This document shows, one piece after another, positions 8,980-16,483 of a stretch of DNA of 64,000 nt. Source of the DNA: a virus. Both the position numbers and the translations under genes were made by a program. Every line of letters starts with the position of its first letter. Within the stretch, counting starts at the first letter, position 1. The notes beneath the pieces were generated by a model that was given only the letters and a program-made list of their open reading frames with translations, was not told the DNA's origin and ran no database searches. The stretch is taken from IMG/VR virus record IMGVR_UViG_3300042196_000093. One strand, given 5' to 3'.

Positions 8980-9644
8980 AGATCGTGCTCGCCTTCTGGG
9001 GCACCATTCAACTCGTCATACTTCTCAGCGAATTTCTGCGCCGAAGCATCATCGAGTTCAACAGGCGAACCATCGCGGTCGTCCTTCTCGTCGGCTGGCA
9101 CTTCTGGGTCTGCTACCAGATCGTAGCTGTCGAACTGTTCGCGCCAGAACTGATGGACACGGCGCTGGTGGTCGTGTGTCGGCTTTTCCCCGATCATCTC
9201 ATTGAGGTAGGCCACACCGTGCTCGGTCAACGAAGTACCGAGCAGAGCGCCAATCTTGCAGCCATCACCCAAGTCCTCAGCTTCTTCGCACTCCTCATGG
9301 GAACCACAGTGTGATGGCCCGTCCACCGATTCCTCTGGCAGCCCGGTGTTGGGCCAGTCGTCGGAGTCGCACTGGCAAGAGTCCATGTGCTTGATGAACG
9401 CCTCGCGGAACTCCTCGCGGAAATCATCGAGCCCGGCCTCAGCATCCTCAGCGGCGGACTTCTGACGGTCGTTCATACTCTCGAAGCTGGGGAAGTGCTT
9501 TGCGCCTGTGATGATCGAACGAGGAAATTCAGCGCAAACCACCCCCGACATGAGCTTGTCGAAGATTTCATCAGCGCGTTCCTCTTTGATCTTCTGCGCA
9601 CAGGATTCGCACCAGCAATCCGCACAGTAGATGGCATAGCTCAT
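8976..9644 (-). CDS. acidic Cys/His-rich hypothetical, probable metal binder
   Basis: [10 protein letters not shown] and HCGSHEEC clusters; SD AAGGAG. Confidence 0.75.
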   Translation of the reverse strand: MSYAIYCADCWCESCAQKIKEERADEIFDKLMSGVVCAEFPRSIITGAKHFPSFESMNDRQKSAAEDAEAGLDDFREEFREAFIKHMDSCQCDSDDWPNTGLPEESVDGPSHCGSHEECEEAEDLGDGCKIGALLGTSLTEHGVAYLNEMIGEKPTHDHQRRVHQFWREQFDSYDLVADPEVPADEKDDRDGSPVELDDASAQKFAEKYDELNGAPEGEHDL

Positions 9645-9653
9645 GGCTTCTCC

Positions 9654-9905
9654 TTAGTCCGATCCTTGGACAAGATAAGTGTCGTGTTTTTCCGGTACAC
9701 CAGCGATGTCCTTCTCGAACTGCTCGAACGGTGGGTTCCAGAAGTCAGGCTCATCTTTGTTGTAGTAGCGATGTTCCTCCATCCACGCCTTGAACGCAGC
9801 CCGCACTTTCACACGGGCAGCATCAACGTCAGGAGCTTCGGCCATCGCCCAACCAGAGGAGTATCGCTTGAGAGCCTCAATACGAGGCCAGACATAGAAC
9901 GGCAT
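9654..9905 (-). CDS. hypothetical early protein
   Basis: ORF track; stop and start abut the neighbours. Confidence 0.65.
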   Translation of the reverse strand: MPFYVWPRIEALKRYSSGWAMAEAPDVDAARVKVRAAFKAWMEEHRYYNKDEPDFWNPPFEQFEKDIAGVPEKHDTYLVQGSD

Positions 9906-10169
9906 CTACCACCCCCTGAGCTTTTCACCAACAACAGAGATCAGTTCAAACAACTCGATGAAATCCGCCACCTGCTCTTTGCTCGTCAGATCAAACTTCA
10001 AGTCGTCACACCCACCAAGACGCTTCTTGCCAGCACGATCCATCACATGCAACTCAGCACTGTGCTCTACCTTTGGCTGCCCCGGTGTCTGGTCGGCGCT
10101 GAATTCTTGATAAACGATCATCAACATGCCGTTCTTAGAGCACGCCCGAATTTCCTTCGTGATCTGCAT
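9906..10169 (-). CDS. hypothetical early protein
   Basis: ATG behind GAGGAGTAGGAAA. Confidence 0.7.
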   Translation of the reverse strand: MQITKEIRACSKNGMLMIVYQEFSADQTPGQPKVEHSAELHVMDRAGKKRLGGCDDLKFDLTSKEQVADFIELFELISVVGEKLRGW

Positions 10170-10173
10170 TTTC

Positions 10174-10350
10174 CTACTCCTCTGCGTGAGCCAGTGTGGC
10201 GCGATTGTACCGAACAGGCAGCTTGGCCAGCCACGCCTCAGTTTCCTCCGTGGTCATGTGCTTGGGGCATTTATCCGGCAACCATTCTGTCGGCAGAGCG
10301 GCTTCGCAAAAACCAGAGCCGCACACGGAACACCGTTTGAAGTTGTTCAT
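10174..10350 (-). CDS. small Zn-finger-like protein (CSVC...CPKH)
   Basis: Start refined to ATG 10350 behind GAGGAGTAGGAAA. Confidence 0.7.
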   Translation of the reverse strand: MNNFKRCSVCGSGFCEAALPTEWLPDKCPKHMTTEETEAWLAKLPVRYNRATLAHAEE

Positions 10351-10354
10351 TTTC

Positions 10355-10582
10355 CTACTCCTCAGCGTGGCCGATAATTTCATTCAGCAGGTTGTTGATC
10401 TTCGCCTGCACAGCCCGAAGTTCTGCTTTCGTTTTGCAACGAACGACGACATTCCAGCCATCCGAGTTTGAAATATCCTCGAAGCGAATTTCGTACTCGA
10501 CAACTGGCGCAGTCACCTCATGTACCGTCATCTCGACGTTGCTCGCGCTCAGTTCGGCAGACGCTTTTCGTTCGATGCGCAT
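10355..10582 (-). CDS. hypothetical early protein
   Basis: ORF track, SD GGAGG. Confidence 0.7.
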   Translation of the reverse strand: MRIERKASAELSASNVEMTVHEVTAPVVEYEIRFEDISNSDGWNVVVRCKTKAELRAVQAKINNLLNEIIGHAEE

Positions 10583-10591
10583 GGCAGCCTC

Positions 10592-11317
10592 CTAGTGGTT
10601 GCTGATGAAATTCTCGTGCTGATCAAGCTCCGTGCGGATGCGGTCGTCTTCGTAGGCGTCGATCTCAGCCACGGCCTTCTTATCGTCCAGCGCCAGTGCA
10701 TGAAGGCGAAAAAGGCCGTCCTGCCAAGCCTCCTCCTCATCAAAGAATCCAGCGCACGATTCGATGTTTTCCTCGTCCTCATCTTCGATGATGTACTGCC
10801 ACACGTTGCCGCGCAGGTACTTGTCGTACTCCTCCACCTCACCTTCCAGATACTTCTTGGCCTTCTCCTTGGCATCTGGTGCATCGCCGTACTCCTCATC
10901 AATGCGCTTGGCCGTGACGTAGATGAAGCCAACTTGACCGGAGTCCCAGCGGCAACCGAAGGCTACTGTGCTCATGGTGATGCCGCTGTGGTCATACAAG
11001 AACAGCGGCAGCACAATTCCGCCACGTGCTTCGACTTCCTTGGCAAACCACTGTGCGTGATCAACCTCCTTGAATTTCCCGCAGGAATAGAAGTACACGC
11101 CGTAGTTGACTTCCTCACCAACAGGGTTGCCCTCAGAGTCGAAGCAGTACGACTCATCCTTGAGGTTGTAGTGCTGCTCGTGGTCGCCCAGATGGTAGCG
11201 CCTATGGAAGCAGACCATCGTGCCGATGTTGTCGTTTTCCCTTGGGTCGAACGGCTCAGGGTCACGCAGCAGGTGCAACGTGTACTGGCCATCAGTTTCT
11301 TTGCGGTCGGACTCCAT
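10592..11317 (-). CDS. conserved phage/ICE hypothetical (LFLYDHSGITMS...WDSGQVGFIY)
   Basis: Start refined to ATG 11317; motif recalled from a widespread uncharacterised mobile-element family. Confidence 0.8.
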   Translation of the reverse strand: MESDRKETDGQYTLHLLRDPEPFDPRENDNIGTMVCFHRRYHLGDHEQHYNLKDESYCFDSEGNPVGEEVNYGVYFYSCGKFKEVDHAQWFAKEVEARGGIVLPLFLYDHSGITMSTVAFGCRWDSGQVGFIYVTAKRIDEEYGDAPDAKEKAKKYLEGEVEEYDKYLRGNVWQYIIEDEDEENIESCAGFFDEEEAWQDGLFRLHALALDDKKAVAEIDAYEDDRIRTELDQHENFISNH

Positions 11318-11319
11318 GA

Positions 11320-11586
11320 CTACCTGCCTTTCAGCTTCTTGAGCTTGTCGGTGTGAAAATCCCAAGCCTGACGGTGTGGCGTGATCTTCTTCTCCGGCCA
11401 CTTCTCCTTGCGCATCTTGGTGATCTTGGCCTCGATCTCCGCGAGCTTTTCTTCCGTCTCAGCAATGGCAACCTGACGCTTGAGCTTATCAGCGTTGTGC
11501 CGGGCTGAGTCTTTGGCACGATGAACTTCACGAAGCTGGATGTGGCGTGGCGTCACATCCACAGCATTGCGGTCGGCAACCATCAT
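11320..11586 (-). CDS. basic coiled-coil hypothetical
   Basis: Start refined to ATG 11586 after GAGGAG. Confidence 0.65.
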   Translation of the reverse strand: MMVADRNAVDVTPRHIQLREVHRAKDSARHNADKLKRQVAIAETEEKLAEIEAKITKMRKEKWPEKKITPHRQAWDFHTDKLKKLKGR

Positions 11587-12059
11587 GGCTTCTCCTCGTA
11601 GCTTGGGGCCAAGTGAAAGAATTTCCTGCAATCGACGATCAACCGATCCTCGACTTTACGTGTGAACCAACTGTTGCTCTTGACGCTATCGACCGGCTGA
11701 CCGAGATCAGCGGCGAGGTCGTGAACCAATCGCGTCAAGCATTGAATCTCTGTCCGGGCTGCTTCCAACAGCACTTCATGCCCCGGCAGCCTGAGCAACC
11801 GCTGCACAGTCCTGATGCAATGCAGAGGCACAACCGGAGCCACACCAGACACACTGATGGTTTTACCATCAGGTGCGACAATCCAATTGGTTTGGCCGCG
11901 TGTCCTGACGTTCAGGATACGACCGAGCTTTGCCTCTGCGTGGTGATCGAGGGTCACAAACCAGATTCTGCCCGAGCCCGAAGGAAGCTGCGCAAGCATG
12001 ACGCGATCCCACGACACCTGCCGTGGTTTCCGGTAGGGCGCTGCTGGTGAAATTGCCAC
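11583..12059 (-). CDS. hypothetical early protein
   Basis: GTG start after AGGAG. Confidence 0.65.
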   Translation of the reverse strand: MAISPAAPYRKPRQVSWDRVMLAQLPSGSGRIWFVTLDHHAEAKLGRILNVRTRGQTNWIVAPDGKTISVSGVAPVVPLHCIRTVQRLLRLPGHEVLLEAARTEIQCLTRLVHDLAADLGQPVDSVKSNSWFTRKVEDRLIVDCRKFFHLAPSYEEKP

Positions 12060-12069
12060 GTAGCTACTC

Positions 12070-12354
12070 CTATTCGTAATGCGGAGTGACAGCCAGATAC
12101 GACTCCGGCTTCTCGTCCTCTACGGTCACGGAATACCTGCCTGTCGAGACAACCGAATCAATGGGACGGCGTCCTTCATTTCGCTTGGCCACCGTTTCTT
12201 CGGCCTGCTTCTGGTGAACTTCGACTTCACTCTCGGTGTGACAGGTGTAGACCTCCCGAGACTCGCCGGTATCAAACCACCAGCCGCCTTCCTCTGGCCC
12301 ACCGTACTCACGGGTGTTGAACCAGATAACGACGAATTTCAGGAACGTGCTCAT
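12070..12354 (-). CDS. conserved phage hypothetical (REYGGPEEGGWWF motif)
   Basis: Start refined to ATG 12354 after GGAGGAGG. Confidence 0.75.
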   Translation of the reverse strand: MSTFLKFVVIWFNTREYGGPEEGGWWFDTGESREVYTCHTESEVEVHQKQAEETVAKRNEGRRPIDSVVSTGRYSVTVEDEKPESYLAVTPHYE

Positions 12355-12884
12355 GCCGGTATTTCCTCCTCCGGGTGTTCCAGTTGCGCCGGTTCCTTCG
12401 GGTCGATCAACCACATATCGTAGTTGTCGTTTGAGTAACGGACGTGCATCAGGGTTTCCGACTTGTTCGCCCTGATGCCGTGGATGATTGCTGCGGGGGT
12501 GTAGTCACGATAGATCGTGTTGCCGAACAAGAATCGTTCAGTAGCCCCGATGATGCGTTTGAGCAGCTTCACGGTCTCCGGGTGAAGGGCAAGCTCACAC
12601 TGGCCGCCGTACCAGCCGTGGTCACGCGGAGGATCGTCAGGGCTGATGTTCGCCTGCCACTTGAATTCCACGCGGCGGGCATGGAACGCTTCTCGGCAGT
12701 ACACCGTGCCACCCGTCTCGTTGGCTGACTTCACCACGAGCAGACGGTTGCGGAAATATTCCTCGTCCTTGAGCCCAACAACATCGGCCAGTTCCTTCGC
12801 CGCGTCCGTAAGCTCCACGGGGAATATCTGCAAGGTGGCGTGGTAGTACCTGTCCTTGCTGACGGAAAATCGGAATCCAAGCAT
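12351..12884 (-). CDS. hypothetical early protein
   Basis: ORF track, SD AAGGAG. Confidence 0.7.
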   Translation of the reverse strand: MLGFRFSVSKDRYYHATLQIFPVELTDAAKELADVVGLKDEEYFRNRLLVVKSANETGGTVYCREAFHARRVEFKWQANISPDDPPRDHGWYGGQCELALHPETVKLLKRIIGATERFLFGNTIYRDYTPAAIIHGIRANKSETLMHVRYSNDNYDMWLIDPKEPAQLEHPEEEIPA

Positions 12885-12887
12885 AGC

Positions 12888-13247
12888 TCACTCCTTGAAC
12901 GCTGGACGTGGTTCGTTTTTGCCGAGGTTGTAATACCTCTGGAAGCATTCCTGAATGACAAAGCCGTTCTGTCGGGCCAGCCATAGCCAGTCCGAACCGA
13001 TGATACAGCCATCCTTGTAGCAAGTGATGGCCTCAATCCGGTGTCCGAGCCTCTTACCGAAGTATCGACGGCGAACCTGAATGAAACCTTCCAGTTCCAC
13101 ACCATCGAGTTTGATTCTGTCGTGCCGATACCACTGACCCCATCGGCTTTTGATCTCCTTGCCGCCGATGATCTTGACTTCTGCTTCCTTACGCTGATTT
13201 TCTTGTGTGGTCTGCATTGGCTTTCTTATCCTTCTCCTCCTGCTCAC
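12888..13247 (-). CDS. hypothetical early protein (start may be ATG 13217)
   Basis: ORF track; overlaps the upstream gene end. Confidence 0.55.
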   Translation of the reverse strand: MSRRRRIRKPMQTTQENQRKEAEVKIIGGKEIKSRWGQWYRHDRIKLDGVELEGFIQVRRRYFGKRLGHRIEAITCYKDGCIIGSDWLWLARQNGFVIQECFQRYYNLGKNEPRPAFKE

Positions 13248-13773
13248 GCAGGAAGTTGTACTGACGGGACTTTGACTTTTCCTCCAGACACTTGTCGATC
13301 TTCTTGCGGAACTCCGGCAGCGAAACCGAACCGATGTTTATTTCCAGTCCGATCAAAGCACGGATGTCGGCTTCGATTATGTACCTTGGGCTCCAGTGCA
13401 GCTTGTTCTCGTTCGGCGTCAGACTGAAAACCTGATCCAGTGGACCGACAAGTTCCTGCCAGATCAAAGTACGCCGGATCACTTCGTCGATGTTCTTTTC
13501 CGTGATGCCCCAGCCGGGGGCTGGCATGAGCACCATCAACGCCCAGAGCATCTGCTCGACGTAGGGCTTCTGGTGAACAACGAACCAACCCTTGGCAGAA
13601 AAATGGCTGTGCGGAACCGTACCGGAAAGTTCAACCTTGAACCAACCAGAATCCGGGTTGCCGCAGGACTTTTCAAAGTCAATGCCGGTAGCCTCAATTT
13701 CCTCCGGCGTCAGTCCGAGGTACAGGGTGTGGCCACGAGCAAAGATATTGGTGAAATCCCACTGGAGCGCCAT
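13189..13773 (-). CDS. hypothetical (MALQWD...GITEKNIDE motif)
   Basis: ORF track, SD GGAGG. Confidence 0.75.
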   Translation of the reverse strand: MALQWDFTNIFARGHTLYLGLTPEEIEATGIDFEKSCGNPDSGWFKVELSGTVPHSHFSAKGWFVVHQKPYVEQMLWALMVLMPAPGWGITEKNIDEVIRRTLIWQELVGPLDQVFSLTPNENKLHWSPRYIIEADIRALIGLEINIGSVSLPEFRKKIDKCLEEKSKSRQYNFLREQEEKDKKANADHTRKSA

Positions 13774-13805
13774 TGCGCACCTCCTTGAGTGAATGAAATT
13801 ACAGA

Positions 13806-14099
13806 CTAGCGAAGGTTCAATTCCACTCGCCGACTGAACTCCTTGTACGCCTTGCGCTGGAGATCAATGTACGAGCCCTGATGGAAGCCGCCGTCTTCGT
13901 GGTTGTAGTACCAGACCACGTAATCACTGAGGTTGTCTTCGATACGTTCCACCAGAACGACAGAGAGATGCTTCTCCACGCGGCACTCACACAGCAGGTG
14001 AGCCATGAACGGAATATCATGCGCAACCTGCGTCACATAGGCCGCCTTGGTGCCGGGGATTTTGTACCCGGTCCAGTCCTTCCTCACCGTGTCCGGCAT
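13806..14099 (-). CDS. hypothetical (YVVWYYNHEDGGFHQGSY motif)
   Basis: ORF track, SD GGAGG. Confidence 0.75.
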   Translation of the reverse strand: MPDTVRKDWTGYKIPGTKAAYVTQVAHDIPFMAHLLCECRVEKHLSVVLVERIEDNLSDYVVWYYNHEDGGFHQGSYIDLQRKAYKEFSRRVELNLR

Positions 14100-14113
14100 G
14101 TCTTTTCCTCCTG

Positions 14114-14308
14114 CTACTTGTTGCCGAACATTTCGGCAAGGTGCTTGCGCACGAACTTCGGGAACCCGGCGATCTTCGGATCATCGGGCTTGTCAACTTC
14201 GACCGGCTTTCCCTCCGGCCCGCAGACCTTCACGATCTGAAAGTAGTTGCTGTCGAGAGCCAGCCACACACGCCAGCCACCATGCAACGTCAGAACGGCA
14301 CCATCCAT
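14114..14308 (-). CDS. small hypothetical
   Basis: Start refined to ATG 14308 after ACCCGGAGGAAAATC. Confidence 0.7.
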   Translation of the reverse strand: MDGAVLTLHGGWRVWLALDSNYFQIVKVCGPEGKPVEVDKPDDPKIAGFPKFVRKHLAEMFGNK

Positions 14309-14344
14309 GATTTTCCTCCGGGTTACAGACAGAAGACGCAGAAC

Positions 14345-14374
14345 GTCCATGTAGGTCTATAGACCTACATGGAC
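14345..14374. repeat. perfect 30-bp palindrome GTCCATGTAGGTCTA|TAGACCTACATGGAC
   Basis: Read directly; the two arms are exact reverse complements with no loop; intergenic once the 14308 start is used. Confidence 0.95.
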
Positions 14375-14397
14375 ATTGCACATCCGCTGCGGCGATG

Positions 14398-14589
14398 CTA
14401 CGCGGCGACGGCGGGCTTGTAGATGTTCAGGCCAATCTTGAAGCCCTCGTGGGCACCGGGGATGCCCTGATTGCCTTCACTGCTGCTGATGATGATGCTC
14501 TTGCCGGTGCTGGACAGACCGAAGTCCTTACCCAGATCGACCTCGATCACCAGCTTGTTCTTGACAACCTTCATGTCCACGTTTTTCAC
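14398..14589 (-). CDS. small conserved hypothetical (LVIEVDL.K.FG.SSTGKSIII.SSEGN)
   Basis: GTG 14589 after AGGAG; pattern recalled from small uncharacterised proteins. Confidence 0.7.
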   Translation of the reverse strand: MKNVDMKVVKNKLVIEVDLGKDFGLSSTGKSIIISSSEGNQGIPGAHEGFKIGLNIYKPAVAA

Positions 14590-14613
14590 AGCTTGTCTCC
14601 TGAAAATGAAAAC

Positions 14614-14632
14614 ACCCCTCAACGTGAGGGTA
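14614..14632 (-). terminator. probable intrinsic terminator
   Basis: ACCCCTCA-acg-TGAGGGGT stem; GTTTTCATTTT follows on the minus strand. Confidence 0.55.
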
Positions 14633-14658
14633 ACGGGAAAATGACTTTGACTTGCGCC

Positions 14659-14892
14659 CTACAGCCGGGGCGCTGCGGACAGAGCGTACCAATCTACGGC
14701 AGCCTCCTCGATGTTGCCGTCATGCTTGCGGCGAGCACGAATTTCCAGCTTGTCCCAGCACTCGCCAAAGCTCAGACCATTGAGTGCTGCGAGCACACGG
14801 AATTCCGGTCGCATGAACATTTCCTCACGCGACGGCTGACGCACGGGAGCGAACAGAGATTCAAACCGCTTACGGGCAATGACGGTACTCAT
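14659..14892 (-). CDS. small hypothetical
   Basis: ORF track, SD CCCGGAGGGG. Confidence 0.65.
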   Translation of the reverse strand: MSTVIARKRFESLFAPVRQPSREEMFMRPEFRVLAALNGLSFGECWDKLEIRARRKHDGNIEEAAVDWYALSAAPRL

Positions 14893-14966
14893 GGGTTTCC
14901 CCTCCGGGTTGAAAAACGAATATCCTCCAGCACCGAACCGGACGGCGCGATGCTGGAGGGCAACCG

Positions 14967-15146
14967 TTAGGCTGCCCGGATAATTGATTCCTGAATCGAC
15001 TGAATCTGACGGGTAAGCCGCTGGAACTCTTTTTCCAGTTTGGCGTACCGTTGTGGCTGCCAGTCACGGCCAGCCTTGACCATTGCCTGTGCAACCTCAC
15101 GACGGGCAGACCTGAACATTTCCAACGCACCGGGCAGAGTTTCCAT
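14967..15146 (-). CDS. small helical hypothetical
   Basis: Start refined to ATG 15146 after AAAGGA. Confidence 0.6.
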   Translation of the reverse strand: METLPGALEMFRSARREVAQAMVKAGRDWQPQRYAKLEKEFQRLTRQIQSIQESIIRAA

Positions 15147-15176
15147 GACGGACAATCCTTTCAGTGTGTAACGAAC

Positions 15177-15217
15177 GAAAAAAGCACGGGCTTGGGGGAG
15201 GTGGCCCAAGCCCGTGC
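15177..15217 (-). terminator. intrinsic terminator
   Basis: 13-bp stem GCACGGGCTTGGG/CCCAAGCCCGTGC with 8-nt loop, followed by T7 on the minus strand. Confidence 0.85.
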
Positions 15218-15272
15218 GGCAACGACAAGCAGCACCGTCGCCGGTGCTTGCTTGTGAGGGTTTGCCTAGAGT

Positions 15273-15743
15273 CTATGGCATTGTGGCGGAAATTGTGAAT
15301 AGGTCACAATTCACCGCTTGCAGTTTCAGCAATTCCTGTAGCTTGTCTCCACGTGGGCAGAGTCTCCACAGTCCCGCCCGTAGTCTGTCCGGGTTAGTGG
15401 GGTTTGACAGTATGCCAGCGTCAAACCCCATGAGGGTTTGCACTGTTGCCAGAATATCCCTAATCCGCGCCTTACCCGGCCCACTAGCCTTGACTGTTTT
15501 CCAGTGGGGGAAGTGTAGGAATATGGCAGTGGTCACGGGGCAATACCGCTCCACAGTTCCATCAGCCACAGTGGGAATCACTTCCCCTGTAGTCACGGTG
15601 GGGGACAGCGTGCGGCCATCGGCACGTTTGCCCCAAGTGACAGTTTCCCCTGCCAAGTGGACAGTGGTCAATCCGCCCGTTTGCAGTACCCTGTGGGCAG
15701 ACCGTCGCACGCACTTGGCTTTCGCCTGTGCTCTACTTTGCAT
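15273..15743 (-). CDS. putative immediate-early hypothetical with atypical codon usage
   Basis: ATG 15743 after GGAGGG; terminator downstream. Confidence 0.55.
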   Translation of the reverse strand: MQSRAQAKAKCVRRSAHRVLQTGGLTTVHLAGETVTWGKRADGRTLSPTVTTGEVIPTVADGTVERYCPVTTAIFLHFPHWKTVKASGPGKARIRDILATVQTLMGFDAGILSNPTNPDRLRAGLWRLCPRGDKLQELLKLQAVNCDLFTISATMP

Positions 15744-15838
15744 ATTCCCTCCAGTCTCGCACGGCCTCCACGGAGACAGTGCGGCACGGGACAGAACGCA
15801 ATTACCAATCCGCAACGGGGCTTTGCCCACAGAGGGAC

Positions 15839-15871
15839 TACGGGGGCAAGGGGTTTAGCCTTGCCCCCGTA
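15839..15871. repeat. 13-bp inverted repeat TACGGGGGCAAGG / CCTTGCCCCCGTA
   Basis: Read directly; just downstream of the 15878 stop; no U-tract. Confidence 0.85.
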
Positions 15872-15877
15872 TCGGCG

Positions 15878-16138
15878 CTACTTGTCGGCAACAGGGGGAA
15901 GGGTCACGTCCTGTGTCAGTGACCGGATACCGTCATCGGTCACAACCTTGGTGGAGACCCGGACAGTCTCACCGGACAGGATTGCCAGTCCCTTGTCAGC
16001 GTCAGCCGCATTCATGGCGGACAGACCCTGCTTGGCATTCACCAGTTTGGTGTAAGACTTGCCGGTGAGAGTATCCTTCACCGTCAGCTTGCCGCCCTTG
16101 GCTTGTGACGCCAGTGCAGCCTTCATCAAGTAACTCAT
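15878..16138 (-). CDS. first gene of the early operon, basic hypothetical
   Basis: ATG 16138 after GGGAG. Confidence 0.65.
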   Translation of the reverse strand: MSYLMKAALASQAKGGKLTVKDTLTGKSYTKLVNAKQGLSAMNAADADKGLAILSGETVRVSTKVVTDDGIRSLTQDVTLPPVADK

Positions 16139-16149
16139 GTTCCAGACTC

Positions 16150-16470
16150 CCTGTATCAGTGCCCCTAGTGGGCGGCGGTTTTTGGGCAACCCCTACGGCG
16201 GCCCTTCTCGCGTAGAAGTTTAGCAATTCCCCAAAAAAAGGGTATAGAAATCTGGCAGCTTTTTTTTGATATGCCCGCAAAGCCACCCGTAGAGCGGTTT
16301 TGAGGGCTTTTTTTGGGGCGGTTTTCTATATCATAATGACGATATATGTTGACCCGTCAAGAGTTTTTGGGCCAAAAAAACGGACACCATTGACCCGTCA
16401 ATGGTGTCCTTTGTCCGCCCAATTTCCTCCACGGTTGGTACTTTTGGGCGTCCCAAAAAAGTGGTGTTAG
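16150..16470. promoter_or_regulatory. early control region: A/T tracts, two TTGACCCGTCAA palindromes and a candidate leftward sigma70-type promoter
   Basis: TTGACCCGTCAA at 16349-16360 and 16390-16401, the second inside GGACACCATTGAC-CC-GTCAATGGTGTCC. On the minus strand TTGACG is followed by CATTAT (16-nt spacer) or TATGAT (19-nt spacer). Confidence 0.6.
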
Positions 16471-16483
16471 GTTCGATCCTGTT

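Noticed and set aside
15214-15858. 214-aa plus-strand ORF in the hairpin-rich region
   Set aside because: No RBS, it opposes the direction of the whole operon, and the minus-strand ORF has an RBS and a terminator.
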